A DNA stretch of 64,000 nt from Eledone cirrhosa (GCA_964016885.1 OZ024740.1:380184001-380248000); one strand, 5' to 3'. Shown: positions 47,091 to 61,383, counted from the stretch's first letter. Program-made: numbers and translations. The notes: generated from the letters alone by a model not told the origin.

Positions 47091-47349
47091 GCAACGTTAT
47101 AGCTACGTATCTATCTAAAAAGACAGAGTAAGAAAGTGAGAGGAATGTCGTATTATATATATTATATATAATAAAGTACCATTAATGTCCTGGGATAATT
47201 GCTGGCCTTGTGCCAAAAGTAGAAACAATTATACTTCTTTTTTATACAATTGTAAATAATATGTTTATGTATGTATATACGTTTATGTATGTATATACGT
47301 ATAAAGGAATGCTGTAATAAAATGTACAAATTAAACTGTCTGATACTAA

Positions 47350-47395
<46 letters not shown>

Positions 47396-47398
47396 TAA

Positions 47399-47453
<55 letters not shown>

Positions 47454-47477
47454 GACAGATATATAATATATGCAGAC

Positions 47478-47720
47478 AGATGGTGCAGTGCACCTTACTG
47501 CTGCATTAGTGCAGCAGAAACTCGAGTCCGGGAACTTTATAGGCACCCGTTTTGTTGTGTTAAGGAAAATAACTATGTGTATACTCTGGTAATGTTTGCT
47601 CCGCCATACCCACATAGGATTTGACCTCCTGTGGTTGATTTGGTCGGTTAGAAGTGACCACAGTTTCATAACTCGTCCCATGGACTGAGTGCTCTACCGC
47701 TCCGGATATTACCTTCCAGT
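47478..47720 (-). mobile_element. Possible second SINE-like element with a tRNA-like head
   Basis: Minus strand ccggagcggtagagcactc (A-box-like) and ggtcaaatcc (B-box-like); ends in two adjacent hairpins; sits between (TA)n tracts. Confidence 0.35.
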
Positions 47721-47726
47721 GTTCTA

Positions 47727-47854
<128 letters not shown>

Positions 47855-48984
47855 TACGTGTTTATATATATATGTGTGTACGTGTGTGTATACTTACATT
47901 TATGTATCAGCTGTGCTCGGGCGAGAAATCACTGAATATATCTTGGTATTGATTTCAAGTGAATTACCATTCCCACAAATAATTCCATGTCACTATGATC
48001 ATCAGAAGATATTTTTTCGGTATTCTAAGTTGATCTTTTATATGAGTATGTGAGTGTGACTGTCAGTTTGTGTGTATGTGTGTCTATGTTTGGGCGAGGT
48101 CATTCTTTTGTATGGCTATCGTTTTAATGATCTGGTTTTTAAATGTTATTTAATACGATGTCTTGCATTTTTGTTCACATTTCCCTTCTTAATTCGTTGG
48201 TTCTTCTCTTTTCATCGATTGCTTTCGTTATACTATCCGGATTGTAATTTGTTTTATTTTTATTCATTTCTATTTGTTTTTCACCATTGTTTTGTCAATG
48301 CTTGTCATTGGTCACGTTAGAATTTGTCCTATCCCCAATTATTTAATATGTAATCCTACCCTGTCCGGTTAAATATATTTTATATCTGTTTTATCTAAGT
48401 TGTATTTTTTAAAAGTTTATGTGATGCGTATATTGTTTTTCTGTACCTTCACTGCTGCTTTCGCTGATGTTGCGCAATCTGGTGCTAAACATGTCTCTAG
48501 TTTAGAGTTGTGTTTGAAAAGAAAGTTATTCTGTTGTTATCTAGTTTTCGTTGTTGTTTTTTCGGTTAAGCAAGTATATTTCTAACATAATATCTTGTAT
48601 TTTTATGGTGCACAAGTGAGCAAGTCACGGAGCCGAACATGTAAGAAGTGTAACTGTCTATTATAGCAATGTTTAAATTTTTATTTATATCATTCTCATA
48701 AATATTCTTCAATAAGTGCATTACAAACCTGTTGTACTTATTCCTAACTGAGTGTGTGTTCCACGTGTCTAGCTTTAAACGTCATGCTTGTTGCTCCGAG
48801 GTAATTTTGTTGGTTTGCCATTCTAACAATATGGCCTTTAAAACAATTTTCACATAACGCTTTGATCCGTCGCAGTTGTATTTATTGAGTGAACTGAGGG
48901 TCTCTCGATAAATGAATATTTATTGCAAATATTGAATATGTTTTGTTTCCTTCTATGATTGTATTCCTGCTTTTATAAATGTAT

Positions 48985-49475
48985 ATGTTCATGCTTTGTA
49001 GACCTCGAAAAAGCATATGGCCGGTTTTCATGTGACTTGCTGGGCTCTGCAGGAGTATAGGATAGATGGTCAGCTTCTTGTTGTCCGTATGTCTCTATAC
49101 GAACGCCAGAGTATTTGTGTTCGGATAAAACCTGAAGGGTCATTGCAGTAACGTTACTCGATATAGGGCGTAGCTCGGAGATCAGAGAGTCACTCCAGGT
49201 AGACCGCTACTTCTACGAATTAAGATATCTCAGCTCTGGTACTATGGGCATGCCATTAGAATGTCTCAGGAAAGAATCGTTGGATAGATCATACGGGCAA
49301 AAACATCTGGCGGGAGACCCAAGGGTAGACTCCGAGCAAAATAACATCCAGGATCTTGGCTGGTCACGCCTGGGGATCCAACCAGATCAGTTGGAGACGG
49401 TTGCTTCTGACAGGGTCAGAAAGAGTGTTTGCGGACTCTCTCTGCCCACAAGACCTTCTCAGGAATAATTGGGAG

Positions 49476-49505
<30 letters not shown>
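48985..49505 (+). pseudogene. Heavily deleted RTE-type LINE remnant with (AAG)n tail
   Basis: CFVDLEKAY RT motif at ~48993, QLWYYGHAIRM, GRP..R, IQDLGWSRLGI..VASDR, then (aag)n. Confidence 0.7.
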
Positions 49506-49506
<1 letters not shown>

Positions 49507-49722
49507 GTATATTTAAATATTTAATCATCAGGAAATCGCTGATGATTTCCTTCGAATGTAACGGTTCATGTAGAAGCCATTTCTACATTAAACATTTATA
49601 GTCTGCTATGTATTGAGTACCTTACTTACTGTGGTTATCCCCAATTGAACCCGGGATACACACACACACACACACACATATGTACATATATATATATATA
49701 TGTATATGTACATATATATATA

Positions 49723-49832
<110 letters not shown>

Positions 49833-49878
49833 TATATCTATATATATATAATGTATAATAAACAATACAATATAATTA

Positions 49879-49946
49879 CCTCATTACCAGAGGTTTCCCG
49901 AATAAGACGAATACAGGAAACGTCCGCATTCGTTCGTCAGACAAGG
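49879..49946 (-). ncRNA. Type I hammerhead ribozyme
   Basis: CCTTGT CTGACGA A CGAAT...ATTCG G GAAA CC-TCT-GG TA ATGAGG: core intact; stems I, II and III all pair. Confidence 0.7.
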
Positions 49947-50438
49947 CAATTTAAAACATAGTGAAATATTTGAAAAATCTCCTCAAGAAAGGCAAAAGTT
50001 TAACGGACAAAAAAATACACAAATAAAAGTAATGCAAGAGATATATAAAAATAAAATAAGGAAATATAGTAAGGGTATGTGTATAAATGTGTGTATATGC
50101 ACCTACAAATGTACATGTGTGTGTATGTACTAATGCATGTGTATAGTGAAAAAATGTGTGCGTAAGTACATACATGAGGGCAAGCATATGAGTGTGTGTG
50201 TGACCACAAATACGTATATAATATATGTTGAACAAAAAAACATACAGACTCAGGGACTAAGAATTGAAATATATACACATATAAGGATGAAAGGACGCAC
50301 GCGTATAAACATACACACACGCGCAACCACATACATGTATGTGATATATACAGGGAAGGGAGTGTATCAGTCAAAGCAGTGTCAGACCTTATATATATAC
50401 ATATATAACATTTTTCTATATTTGCTTTCCCTTGATTT

Positions 50439-50514
<76 letters not shown>

Positions 50515-50520
50515 ATATGA

Positions 50521-50573
<53 letters not shown>

Positions 50574-51066
50574 TACAATAACAGAGAAAGCTTTACGCTA
50601 AACTCCGACTGGTAACCATCTCACTCAACAAACATTAGGTTATACGTTAGTATAAACCCAATTTAGTGTCTGGGGTGCTAACTATATGTATTTTGTGGAA
50701 AGCCAGTTGTATTATTTTATATGAGATATAATTAAAATTAAAATATATCTCTCTTTCCAAACAATTGTTTCATTATAAGTATTCTACAAGTTGGGAGAAT
50801 ATTTCCAGTTTATGTAGAAGCCTAATATATTTTCATGTAAGAATACAATTAGGTGGGCACTTATAAATCGTCAGTGGAAGCCCATTAAACTTTGATATAA
50901 GAAAAATTTCTTACCGCAGTTAATTTTCGTGTCTGGTAATTTGTCCCTTCACGCATCGAATGACCGCCAAATTTGAAATTCCAGCAGTCCTTTGACTGAG
51001 GAAGTATCATAGCGTCATGAAGCGGGAAAGGGAGACAATCACGAGTCACGAGAAAAGAAAAATAAT

Positions 51067-51570
51067 ATACACATGGGTTAATTAGTTTTTTCAAAAACAT
51101 TATCAATCCTTCGTGTTAAGAACTCAATTAATTTTTAAAAAATAAATGTATGCGTGTATTAATTACACACGCATATAGATATTTTCTTAGGCTAAAAACA
51201 GAGAAGTGATACCTGAATAACGAACAATATCTCACAACTGTAACAAATACGGAAAGTTACGCCTTAAAAGACATTTGGGAATGTAAATCTCTGGCCAAAT
51301 TAAGAGTAAAATATTTAATACACGCGGGTTAATTAGTTATTTCAAAACCAATATCAATTCCGCGTGTTAAGAACTCAATTAATTAAAAAAAATAAATGTA
51401 TGCATGTAATTATTTACACACGCATATAGATATTTTCTTAGGCTAAAAACAGAGAAGTGATAACCAAAAAACGAACAATATCTCATAACAGTAAGAAATA
51501 CGGAAAGTCATGTGTATAAGGTACCTGGAAATAAAAATCTCTGGCCAAATCAAGAGTAAAATATTAATAC
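51067..51570. repeat. ~250-bp tandem duplication
   Basis: gggttaattagtt...gtgttaagaactcaattaatt...ctctggccaaat.aagagtaaaatat occurs from ~51067 and again from ~51319. Confidence 0.9.
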
Positions 51571-51584
51571 AATAACAGAGAAAG

Positions 51585-51638
<54 letters not shown>

Positions 51639-51735
51639 CTCAATACATAGCAGAGTATAAATATTTAATATATTTAATATAGAAATGGTTTCTACAGGAC
51701 TAGAACTGTTTAATTCGGGAGAAATCATCAGGAAG

Positions 51736-51820
<85 letters not shown>

Positions 51821-52799
51821 TAAATTTAGTCCTTCATCTGTGATCTTCTAACCTTCATTGGTATTTCGTCGCTTTACAGACCATATACCTCCTGTTGGTG
51901 CGAGCAACGGCTAAAGAAAGTCGTTGGGACACGTAAATAAGGGGAACGAGCGAGACAGTAAACAATCAAAGATGGTAATGCAACGAAAAGTGAGGAAGAA
52001 GGAGTCAAGTCCCTGAAATCGATGAACATAAGTTCTGTGAAATCGTAGACGAGAGAGAATAAAGACCATCCGACCTGGTCAAAGTGTGCGTGAGGAAAGA
52101 ATCTCGCACAGGTCAAACGGGAGGAAGTAGGAGAGGGAGTAGCAGAGTGAGTGAGTGAAAGTGTGAGGAAGAGGCTAACAGAGATAGTGACTGTTAGAGG
52201 GGGTAAAAGGAAGTGAGAGATACAGAGAAAAGGGAAAGCAGTAAGAAAGAAACAGACGGGTTACAGCGGAGGGAATTATATATGAATATGAAAACATGGC
52301 GTGCTGCGTGGTTGCAAATGGGTTACATATGAATAAATTTAGTCCTTCATCAGTGATCTTCCACCCTCTGCTCTTCAACTTCGTAAGATTATAACATCTC
52401 TTATTTTTTATTCTTTTCTTGTCTTACTCTAATTTGACAAATGTTTTTAACCAGAAACAACAGATTTCTTCTCTTTCTATTCGGTGTAAATACACATATT
52501 GTTCATAGTTTTGAGCAGTATTTTGCCACCCATCACGTGTCTTTTTTTTTTTTTTCACTTTTTCCCATTTTTTGTTTACTTTATGATTCTTTTGCTACAT
52601 TATTATGATATTTTCTTATTTTTTAGACCTTTCCCTTTCGTACGCATTCTTTTTCTCCCTCCTACAGACTCACTTTCTCTTCCTTACTCTCTGCATATAG
52701 GTGCGTATGTGTGTATATGTGTGTGTGCGTATCCACTTTGTATTAAGTGTCGCGAGAATGAATGCTTTATACCATGTAGAAAAAATTATTTTGTACGGG

Positions 52800-53240
52800 C
52801 AGGAAAATTGGCAGTATGAGTAGAGTGTCAGACACTATGTTTTGCAGCATAGAGTTATGGCCCTTTATGATCTGAGTTCAAATCCCGTCGAGGTTAACTT
52901 TTCTTTTCATCCTTACGGGGTCGATAACATAAAGTACCACTCACGCACTGGGGTCGATTAAATCGACTTTCCCCTCCCCAAAAAATTGTTGGCCTTGTGC
53001 CTATATTAGAAACCATTACTTTCTATTGGCAATATCGGTAGAGCATCGGACAACATACTTCCCGGTAGAGGGTTACGGTCCTTTACGTTCTGAGTTCAAA
53101 TCCCGCCGTGGTTAGCTTTGCCTTTCATCCTCACGGGTCGATAAAATAAAGCACCAGTTATACACTGGGGTAGATTTAATCAACTTTCCCCTCCTCAAAA
53201 AATTGCTGGCCTTGTGCTTGTAGTAGAAACAATTATTTTC
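52800..53240 (+). mobile_element. Two tandem full-length tRNA-derived SINEs
   Basis: Each has tggca..at..gtagag (A box), gagttcaaatccc (B box) and the conserved body and tail. Confidence 0.88.
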
Positions 53241-53689
53241 TTTGGTAAGGCCATGTTTGTGTATTGTTACTCAGGAGTTTCGCCTTTGCATTCACATGTA
53301 AGAAATATACGTATAAAAATGAGTTTGAGTATGTATGTGTGTGTAAGTATGTTTATATCTATCCTTACGCAAGCACAAAAATCTCATTAGCTCATACCTT
53401 GCCTCTCTTGTTCAACGTCATAATTTTATGGACATTCATAAAAGTGTAATGAAATGATCGTAAATAAGAAATATTCGACATTTAGACGTGTACAACTGCA
53501 ATGTGAATGATAATAAGGAAAGAGAAGCTAAGAGAAGCTAAGACAACGCAAAAAGAACATTAGAAGGAGTGAGAGGTAGAAAAGGAAAGAAGAGGAATAA
53601 AAAAAAAAGTGTAAAATGAAAAGAACGTAAATAAAAACAAAAATGACACATAAAAGAAGAGAGTGGTTTGGGATATATTGATTTCTGAT

Positions 53690-54385
53690 TTAGGGACAAA
53701 GCAAGCAAAGTTCATTAAAACGACTTAAGTACTTGATTGGTACTTTATTAATCGATCCCCTGTAAGATGAAAGGCAGCTTCTTTATACCGTTGTAAATAG
53801 CTTAAAATTACATGCTTAACTACAGAAAGTGACAGCTTTCTTAAAACAAACTGAACAATTCCAGAAAATGAGTACCATACGAAGTACTTCTTTAAACAGA
53901 AATGACCAAATTCTCTTGAATATGGCGCGAGAGCATAACTGTAGCTTAATAATTGAAACCAAGTAAAATAATTATTCCTACTATAGGCACAAGGCCAGTA
54001 TTTTGAAGGAGGGGGGGGGGGGAGTCGATTAAATCGACCTCAGTGTGTTACTGGCGCTTTATTTATCGATTCCCATAAAGATGAAAGTCAAAGATAACCT
54101 CGGCGGGATTTGAACTCAGAACGTAAAGGGCCGTAAATCTATGCCGCAAAGTAGGTAAAATAGTGACTTATAATCTCAGCACAAGGCCTTCAACATGTGA
54201 GGAGAGGAGAGTCGGTTCTATGAACTCTAATATTTGACAGGAACTTTTTTTATCGACTCCTGAAGGCTGAAGAGAAAAAGTTGAACTTGACGGGATTTGA
54301 ACTCAAAATGCAAAGAGCACCTCCACAAATAAAATGTCGCAGAGCATTTTATCGAACACTCTAACCATTCTGGCAATTTGCTGTT
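53690..54385 (-). mobile_element. Three tRNA-SINE copies or fragments
   Basis: ggcacaaggcc..gtcgattaaatcgac..gatgaaag..gggatttgaactcagaacgtaaag. Confidence 0.8.
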
Positions 54386-54771
54386 CTTCATCTAGGAATA
54401 GGTTGTAAACATGAAAGTGGAAAAAGGATAAGGTTAAGATGCCATGCTGAAAGATATAATAGTACTAAGAATGATAGGGAAGAGAAGCATGTGGAATATA
54501 TAGAAAATGATGGAGAAACAAAGAGAAGGATGGGATAGATAGATAGATAAATTTCTTTATTAGCCACAAGGGCACAAAAGAAGGGGACAAATACAATGGG
54601 GAGTTTACATACAGGTATATGAAAATAAAACTATTAATACAATAACAAATAACAATTGAAATCCCAATAGGGGGGGGGGTGTTACATACCCCGAAAAAAT
54701 GTACAATCCTCATCTCCAGGAGCACCAAGAGTGAGTACTCCCTTCCTCTCTTCCTCTTTTTCCTCAACCTA

Positions 54772-57700
54772 CAGGCTTATATCTTTGCCACATTCACCCA
54801 CCTTTTATAAAATTTGCTGGGGTACAGCACCTCTCTCTCCATCCTGATTCTTCTTCCAAAATGATATTTGAAAAAACGAATCAGTTGCTCGCCGGAGAGA
54901 AAGGTGTCTGACCTCAGCCCTTTTAACCTCGTCCACCATATAACCTCTTTCACTATAGCCATAACACATAGGAAAACCGCCTCTCCCTCGTTTTTGAAAA
55001 AGGGTGGCGGTTTGGTCATGACAATGGATTCGGTGGTCAACTGGATTGGTCCCACCCGCGACAATAGTCGTTCTACATAGCCCCACAGGTCGGTAACGCC
55101 CGGGCAGTGTACAAATGCGTGTGCGACGGTTTCATCGTCGCTCACGCATCTCGGACAGATCTTTTTCGAAGGGTCCCTACCCGGGCGTCTGTGTCTGTAG
55201 AGCTTGTCTCGAACTGGTAGAGCTCCTCGCTAGCAGTGCCAGGCCAGGGACTTTTGGAAGTTGTCCATTGGTCGCGGGCGGAAGGTCCTACCGAATAGAC
55301 TGGCCAGTTCGTCCTCCTCTACGCCTAGAGTTTCTCCGAGCGTGCCGTCGCACTTACTGCGGACCAACCCTCTATAGAATGTCGAAGTGGAGTCTCCACT
55401 GATCGCAGGATCCGTTTGCCAGAGGTCTGTGAGCGCCTGAGCACATTCGATGTGCCAGTCGCCCATTTTCCTCGGTCTTTGCTTGGCCCAGGACTGCAGC
55501 TCGGTTAGCGAGAAGATTCGTGGGAAGGCTCGGCTCACGAACGGGGCCCACACCGGTTGTCTGGTGAGGAATACGTGGAGGTGCCGCAGCCTGAGCGCGT
55601 GTTTGCGCATCGTCAGCCACGGCATCCCCATCACTCCGTTTGAAGGGTGTTGGCAGCAGATGGATCTTCTCACCAAAGGAGCCCGTTTCTTCCAAAGGAA
55701 TTGGAAGAGCGCGCGCTCCATTTTGGTGAGCGTTTTGGCTGGACAAGGCACGACGGTCAAGCGGTAGTAGATGACGGACGCTATAAAAGTGTTCGTCACC
55801 TCCGCTCGACCTTTCGAGGATAGTTTGCACTCGGCCCACTTCTGGGTGAGCGCAAACACCTTGGCCGTCACCTCGTTCCAGTTCTTCTCCACCTGGAGGT
55901 CCGGACCAAACCAGACCCCGAGCAGCTTTACCGGTCCTACCGTCCAGCGTCCGACGAAGTCATCGGAAGGCATCAGTTTGCTTCTCCATGTTCCGAGTTG
56001 CAAACCGACGGATTTGTCCGGGTTCAGCTTGGCTCCTGTGAACCTTTCGTATTCCTCCAGAAAGGTGCCGATGTCGCCGATTTGCGAGGTGCTCGACACC
56101 ATTACTGTCACGTCGTCGGCGTAGGCCCACGCCGCTTTTCGCAGTCCCGGTTCCAAAAGGATGCCCTGCAATAGCTCCAACTTCCGCAGTAGTGGCTCGA
56201 GAGTCAGTACGTACAGAAGGGAGGAGAGAGGGCATCCCTGTCGCATGGATCGCGTGATATGGCGGCTTCGAGAAGTAGCCGTTCACCTTGACCCTTGAGC
56301 AGATGTTGCTGATGTGCATTGCAGCAATCCAGCCCCTGAACACGGGTCAGAAGCCTGCCGCCTCGAGCACCGCATCCAGGTAACGATGGTCAACCCTATC
56401 GAAAGCCTTAGACTGATCCAAGTTGATCAGGGCCTCACCGAAGCCGGGTTTACACCCTAACCTCTCTATGATGTATCGCATGAGGTGGAGGTTGTCGTGT
56501 ATGGACCTGGTCGGGATTGCGCATGTCTGCGCTTCTCCCACCAGGTTTTCGACGACAAGCACCACCCTCTTTGCCAACACCTTGGCCAAAATCTGTAACT
56601 CTGTGTTGAGCAGAGTTATGAGCCGGAAGTTTCCTATGTCATCCTCCTTGTTCTCGTCCTTCCTGACTAACGTAATTACGCCCTTGGTCACAGAACTGGG
56701 AATTCTCCCGTTCTGCTGCCAGTTGCAGTAGACCGCTTCCAGGAGACCGGAGAACAAGTCCGGCATTGCTACGTAAAATTCGTAGGGTAGACCGTCGAGA
56801 CCTGGAGATTTGCGTTTGCCACATTGGCTCAACGCGTCCCCTATCTCAGCGGCCGAAATCGACCTTTCGCAGAACTTCGCCTCGCTGTCCGAGAGTCGCG
56901 GTAGGCCGTCGAGGTATGAACCGAAATCCAGAGCCCTTCCCGCCCGAACAGTTGAGCAAAATGCCACTGAAAGGCCGCGCACATTTGCTTCGGCTCACGT
57001 ATCACGCGTCCGTCTTGGTTCTTCAAAGACCGAATCGTGGACTTGTTGCCGCTTTTCGCCTCTGTCACTCGGGCCCAGCTAACAGCTTTGGCTCCCTCGT
57101 TTTCCAGAGCACGTATTTTGCTTCTGACAACGCAGCCTTCATGCTTTGCGTCGAAGAACTGGTCCAAGGCCGTTCTCGTCGCTAGCACGCTTGGCTACGT
57201 TGCCACTCCTAAGTGCCTCTTCTACTTTATCTACCAGTTCCTTTTCGGTCTTATTTCTATCTAACACTAATTCTTTACTAAAACCTATCGAGTCTAATCT
57301 AACTGCCCTCTTGAGAGAGTACCACCATCTGTTGTTGACAATGGCCCCCGTCAAGTGCTGCTTAACTAAAGTGCTAATCCGTCTACTGTAGGCTTTGCAT
57401 GTCGGTAACGACAAGTTCAGCTTCCAGTAGCCGGGTCCCTGTCTATGGGTTTTGTCAAGGTTGACTAAGCAGGTCACTAATTTGTGATCTGAATAGGCAA
57501 CCATGAACATTTGTGGACAGCTTAACATGTCCCTATCCTTCTTTCTAACTAGAACCCTATCTAGGTACGATCTAGATGTTCCGCTGCGATTAGTCCACGT
57601 CCACAGTGGCACAGTCGGAAAATCTAGTCGATATCTATCGGCCAGGTCAAATCGGCCGATTAACTGTTTGAGGCTGTTACACCCCGCTCTATCGGGACAT

Positions 57701-58163
57701 GCTCCCACATGGTCCCAACGTGCATCTAGGATTCTATTCCAGTCCCCCACTAACATCAAGGAGCGGGACGTTCCCAGAAAAGTCTCTAGACGTTTGAAGA
57801 AGTCTGGCCGCGTGTCCCGGATAGGGCACATGCGGCCACCAGCCTGAAGGCTCCACCTTCACTACCGTCAACGTCTAGGACCACCAATCGACTCTCCGGG
57901 TCCAGATGTACCGTCTGTATTACGAGGTCCAGGTGTTTCCGCAGCAAAACGGCAACCCCACCCCTACCTCCCGGCTGACAGAGAGATGCGTAGATCTCAA
58001 AGTCGTCGAAGATGGGGGCCAGTTGTCGCTCGCTGTGGATCTTAGACTCGCAAATGGCTACTACATCCATACTGTGCAACCTGAGGTCGTTTAAGAGTTT
58101 GCCCTGTTTCCAGGGCATCCCCAGGCCGCGTACATTCACACATCCAACTCTTATATTGGCCAT
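54772..58163 (-). pseudogene. Tx1 ORF2: APE + RT + zinc finger, frameshifted
   Basis: CVNVRGL, GDWN, SYLDR, SDH, KSPGLDGLP, LDQSKAFDRV, RQGCPLS, AYADD, ETVAHAFVHC. Confidence 0.9.
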
Positions 58164-58203
58164 ACTGTTGCTGAAAAGTTAAAAGAAGAGGAAAAGAAAC
58201 CAC

Positions 58204-60190
58204 TCACCTCTTCGGCTCCTGGGGACCAGGCTGCACAATTTCCATGGGAGTGTTGGAGGGGTTGTTTGGTGGGGGGTCGTCTCTGGAGGGGTGGGAACAG
58301 AGATATTTGGTGGGGGGTGTCAATTGGGATTGGGGTGGGAGTGGGGAAACATTTTAACAGAACTTGATTGTAGGGTTTGACACAGGGGTTACCTACGTCG
58401 TTAGGAAATTTTTCTTTTAACTGTTTATGTGTGTCCATGGAGGTCCTAATCATTTTAAGATTAGGATTCTCCGAAGAGCGTGTAAAAGTTTTCCCTTCGG
58501 TCTCCACCGAAGGGTTTTATATATGGTGTCTGTTAAAGTTTTATTGTTAGTATTTATGTAGATGTAACATTTTTGTTGTGTTGGTTTGTTTTTTGTCTGT
58601 GGTTCTTGTGTGTGTTTACACTTTTGTAGTAGGTGTTTTGTTTTTAGGAAGGGGTGTTTTTGTTTGTGCTGTTTGCGTCGCTTGTGTTGGTATTTGTGTG
58701 TTTGTTGCATTTTTGTTTGCGTTATGTCTTTTCTTTTTTCTTTTCACTGGTCGGAAAGGCTCTCCCTTATCGTCACTGGGTGACGATAATGAGGCCTCAT
58801 CCGTGTTGTTGGGGAGGGGTACATTTTGGGGAGCTGTTATGTGTGTGGGTGTTTCTGGAATTGTTTTATGTGGGGAGGGGTTGGGTGGGACTGTGTTTGT
58901 CGTTTGTTTTGTTGTCACTATTTTTTTATGTTATTGTTGTTGTGGTGGTGGTGATTGTTGTGCTGGTGTTGCAGGTGTTGGCAGTAGTGCCTTTTTTTGG
59001 CTAGTTAGCCGAGGACAGGAAGCTCTCAGGTGACCCCTGCTTGAGCAGTGGTAACATGAGGGCTGCCTACCCTCGACCGAAATGTTTAAATATAAGCCCA
59101 TCCAGCAACACACGTTCCGGGATCCTAGCTATTCGTTCTGGTGTCATTTGGACCAGAACTTCCAGGCTAGTTCCGCTGAACAGGTCGCCGGAGGACTTAC
59201 CTACCGATATTATATAGTCTGTTTCGTGGTTTAGAAATCCACATAGTACCCACCAAATATCAATATTTGGTGTGATACTTTGGATTTTTATTTTCTGTGT
59301 TCTTTTCCCCATGTAAGTGGGGAAAAAGGTGAACAGCGGTGACACAATTGGCGACACAGAATATTTCTGTGCTGTCTATTGGTCTTTCATTAGAATGGAT
59401 AAACTCCCGTAGAGTCTACCTTTCTGAATAAAAGCAATGTCTTTTAAGGCATTTTTTAAAGCCAACTCAATTTCGCCTTGTGGAAGTTGAGTCGGTGTTC
59501 GTGTTTTGTTTGAGATTGTCCTGAAAATCACAGTTTTCAAGGCAGCTTCTCTTCGCAAATCTGGGGGAGAGTTTATGGAGAATGATCTGTTCTCCCCAAA
59601 AGTTACATATTGTCTGGCGTTATTCAAAAGCTCATTTGCATTTGAAATATCTACCGGAGTGTAGCTTACCGTTTTCTTTACGGTTTGCGCAAATGATATT
59701 TTGTCGTTTACTTCCTTGTTGCAGTTATTGGTTTTGTTGTTGTTATTATTGTTCTTATTGTTGATGTTGTTTCCGTTTTTTCCGTTGTTGGTGTTGTTGT
59801 TGTTGTTGTTGTTTGTTGTGGTTTTGTTGTCGTTGTTGTTCTTCTTGTTCTCGTAGTCACTGTTGTTGTTGATGGCGTTGTTTTGGTTTGTGCCATTCAC
59901 AGTTTTCGTGTTGGTGGTGCTGGTGTTGTTATCAGGGTGTGTTTTAAACATATCGAAGTGTTTCAATGGGGCGGTGCGAGCTGCTTGTTGGCTTTTACCG
60001 TCCCTCCACTGTCTAATTGTTGGCTGACAGTTTTGATGTTGTTGTTGTTTTTGTTGTTGTTGTTGTTGTTGGTGATAGCAGCAGGCAGGTAGCCTTCACC
60101 TGTTACTAGTACTGTGGAAGGTGAGATTAACAGCCCATCTCCACAATTCTCTGATGTGTTTTTTGTGATGAGGTCAAAGAATTTGGCCAT
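58204..60190 (-). pseudogene. Tx1 ORF1: gag-like, frameshifted
   Basis: EGRQPSCYHCSSRGHLRASC, FFPTYMG, Asn/Thr-rich linkers; ends MEIVQPGPQEPKR*. Confidence 0.8.
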
Positions 60191-60247
60191 TTTGGCTTGG
60201 GATATAGAGACAGACAGTCAGATGGATATATCTAAATAGAGAGAGGG

Positions 60248-60347
60248 GGAGGTCCCAATAAATGTATACATACTTCAACAGTATTCTAATAAATATTGCC
60301 TGTACAGGTAATAAAAGTGTGAATACATTTTTGGGGGAAACCCTGTA
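60248..60347. mobile_element. ~100-bp Tc1/mariner-like MITE
   Basis: aaatgtatacatacttcaacag...aagtgtgaatacatttttgggggaaaccctg-TA. Confidence 0.6.
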
Positions 60348-60459
60348 TATATATTATTCAGAATAATAATAAATGAAGACATTCACATAATCAAGATATA
60401 TGTTTTATTATATATATTTCGAAGGTACTGTGCTGTTTTCTCAGTACGTCCTCGTCAGG

Positions 60460-60557
<98 letters not shown>

Positions 60558-60618
60558 CTGTGTTTGTGTGTGTGTGTGTGTGCAGAGAGAGTTAGACGGG
60601 TAGATAGATACATAAATA

Positions 60619-60683
<65 letters not shown>

Positions 60684-61257
60684 AACATTGAATAAAACTT
60701 ACAAGAAAATCAAAAATTTAAGAGATAGATCATAGTGAAGGAAATAAGGAAAGGGAGAGGGGCAGACGGGGAGACTGGGGAAAAGATGGAGATAGATTTG
60801 ATGAAAGGTAATAAACAGTTAGCTGCTACTGTTTATCTAACTGTTAAATCTTCATATCTTGTGTACGTGCGAATATGTATTTATATGTATATATACACAC
60901 ACTCACACACTCACACACTCATACACACATACACACATACATACACTCATACACACACACACACACACTCACACACACACACGCATACACTCAGATACAT
61001 ACTCACACACATACACACTCACACGCATACACTCACACACACACACACACACACTCACACACACGCTCACACACACACTCACACACATACACACACACAC
61101 ACTCACACACACTCACACATACACACTCACACACACACTCATACACATATACACACACTTACACATACACTCACACACATACAGAAACACACAAACACTC
61201 ACAGGCATACACACACACACACACTCACAAACACACTCACTCATGCATACACACATA

Positions 61258-61383
61258 CAGGGTGCCCCCCCACCCCAAAAAAAATGTATACCCACTTCAA
61301 CAGCATTCAAATAAATATTACCTGTATAGGTTATCAAAGAGTGTATACATTTTTTTTTTTTTTGGGGGGGGGGGGCACCCAGT

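Larger units (their letters stand above)
54550..60200 (-). mobile_element. L1/Tx1-clade non-LTR retrotransposon 2 (diverged relative of element 1), degenerate
   Basis: Same two-ORF layout and 3' end (cttgtggctAATAAAgaaa then (TATC)n). Confidence 0.88.

Noticed and set aside
48462-48500. CTGATGT-TGCGC..GTGC-TAAA-CATGTC hammerhead-like string
   Set aside because: Both core halves are mutated and stem I does not pair; at most a relic.
52800-52890. tRNA-like A and B boxes
   Set aside because: No complete cloverleaf; these are heads of a multi-copy SINE.
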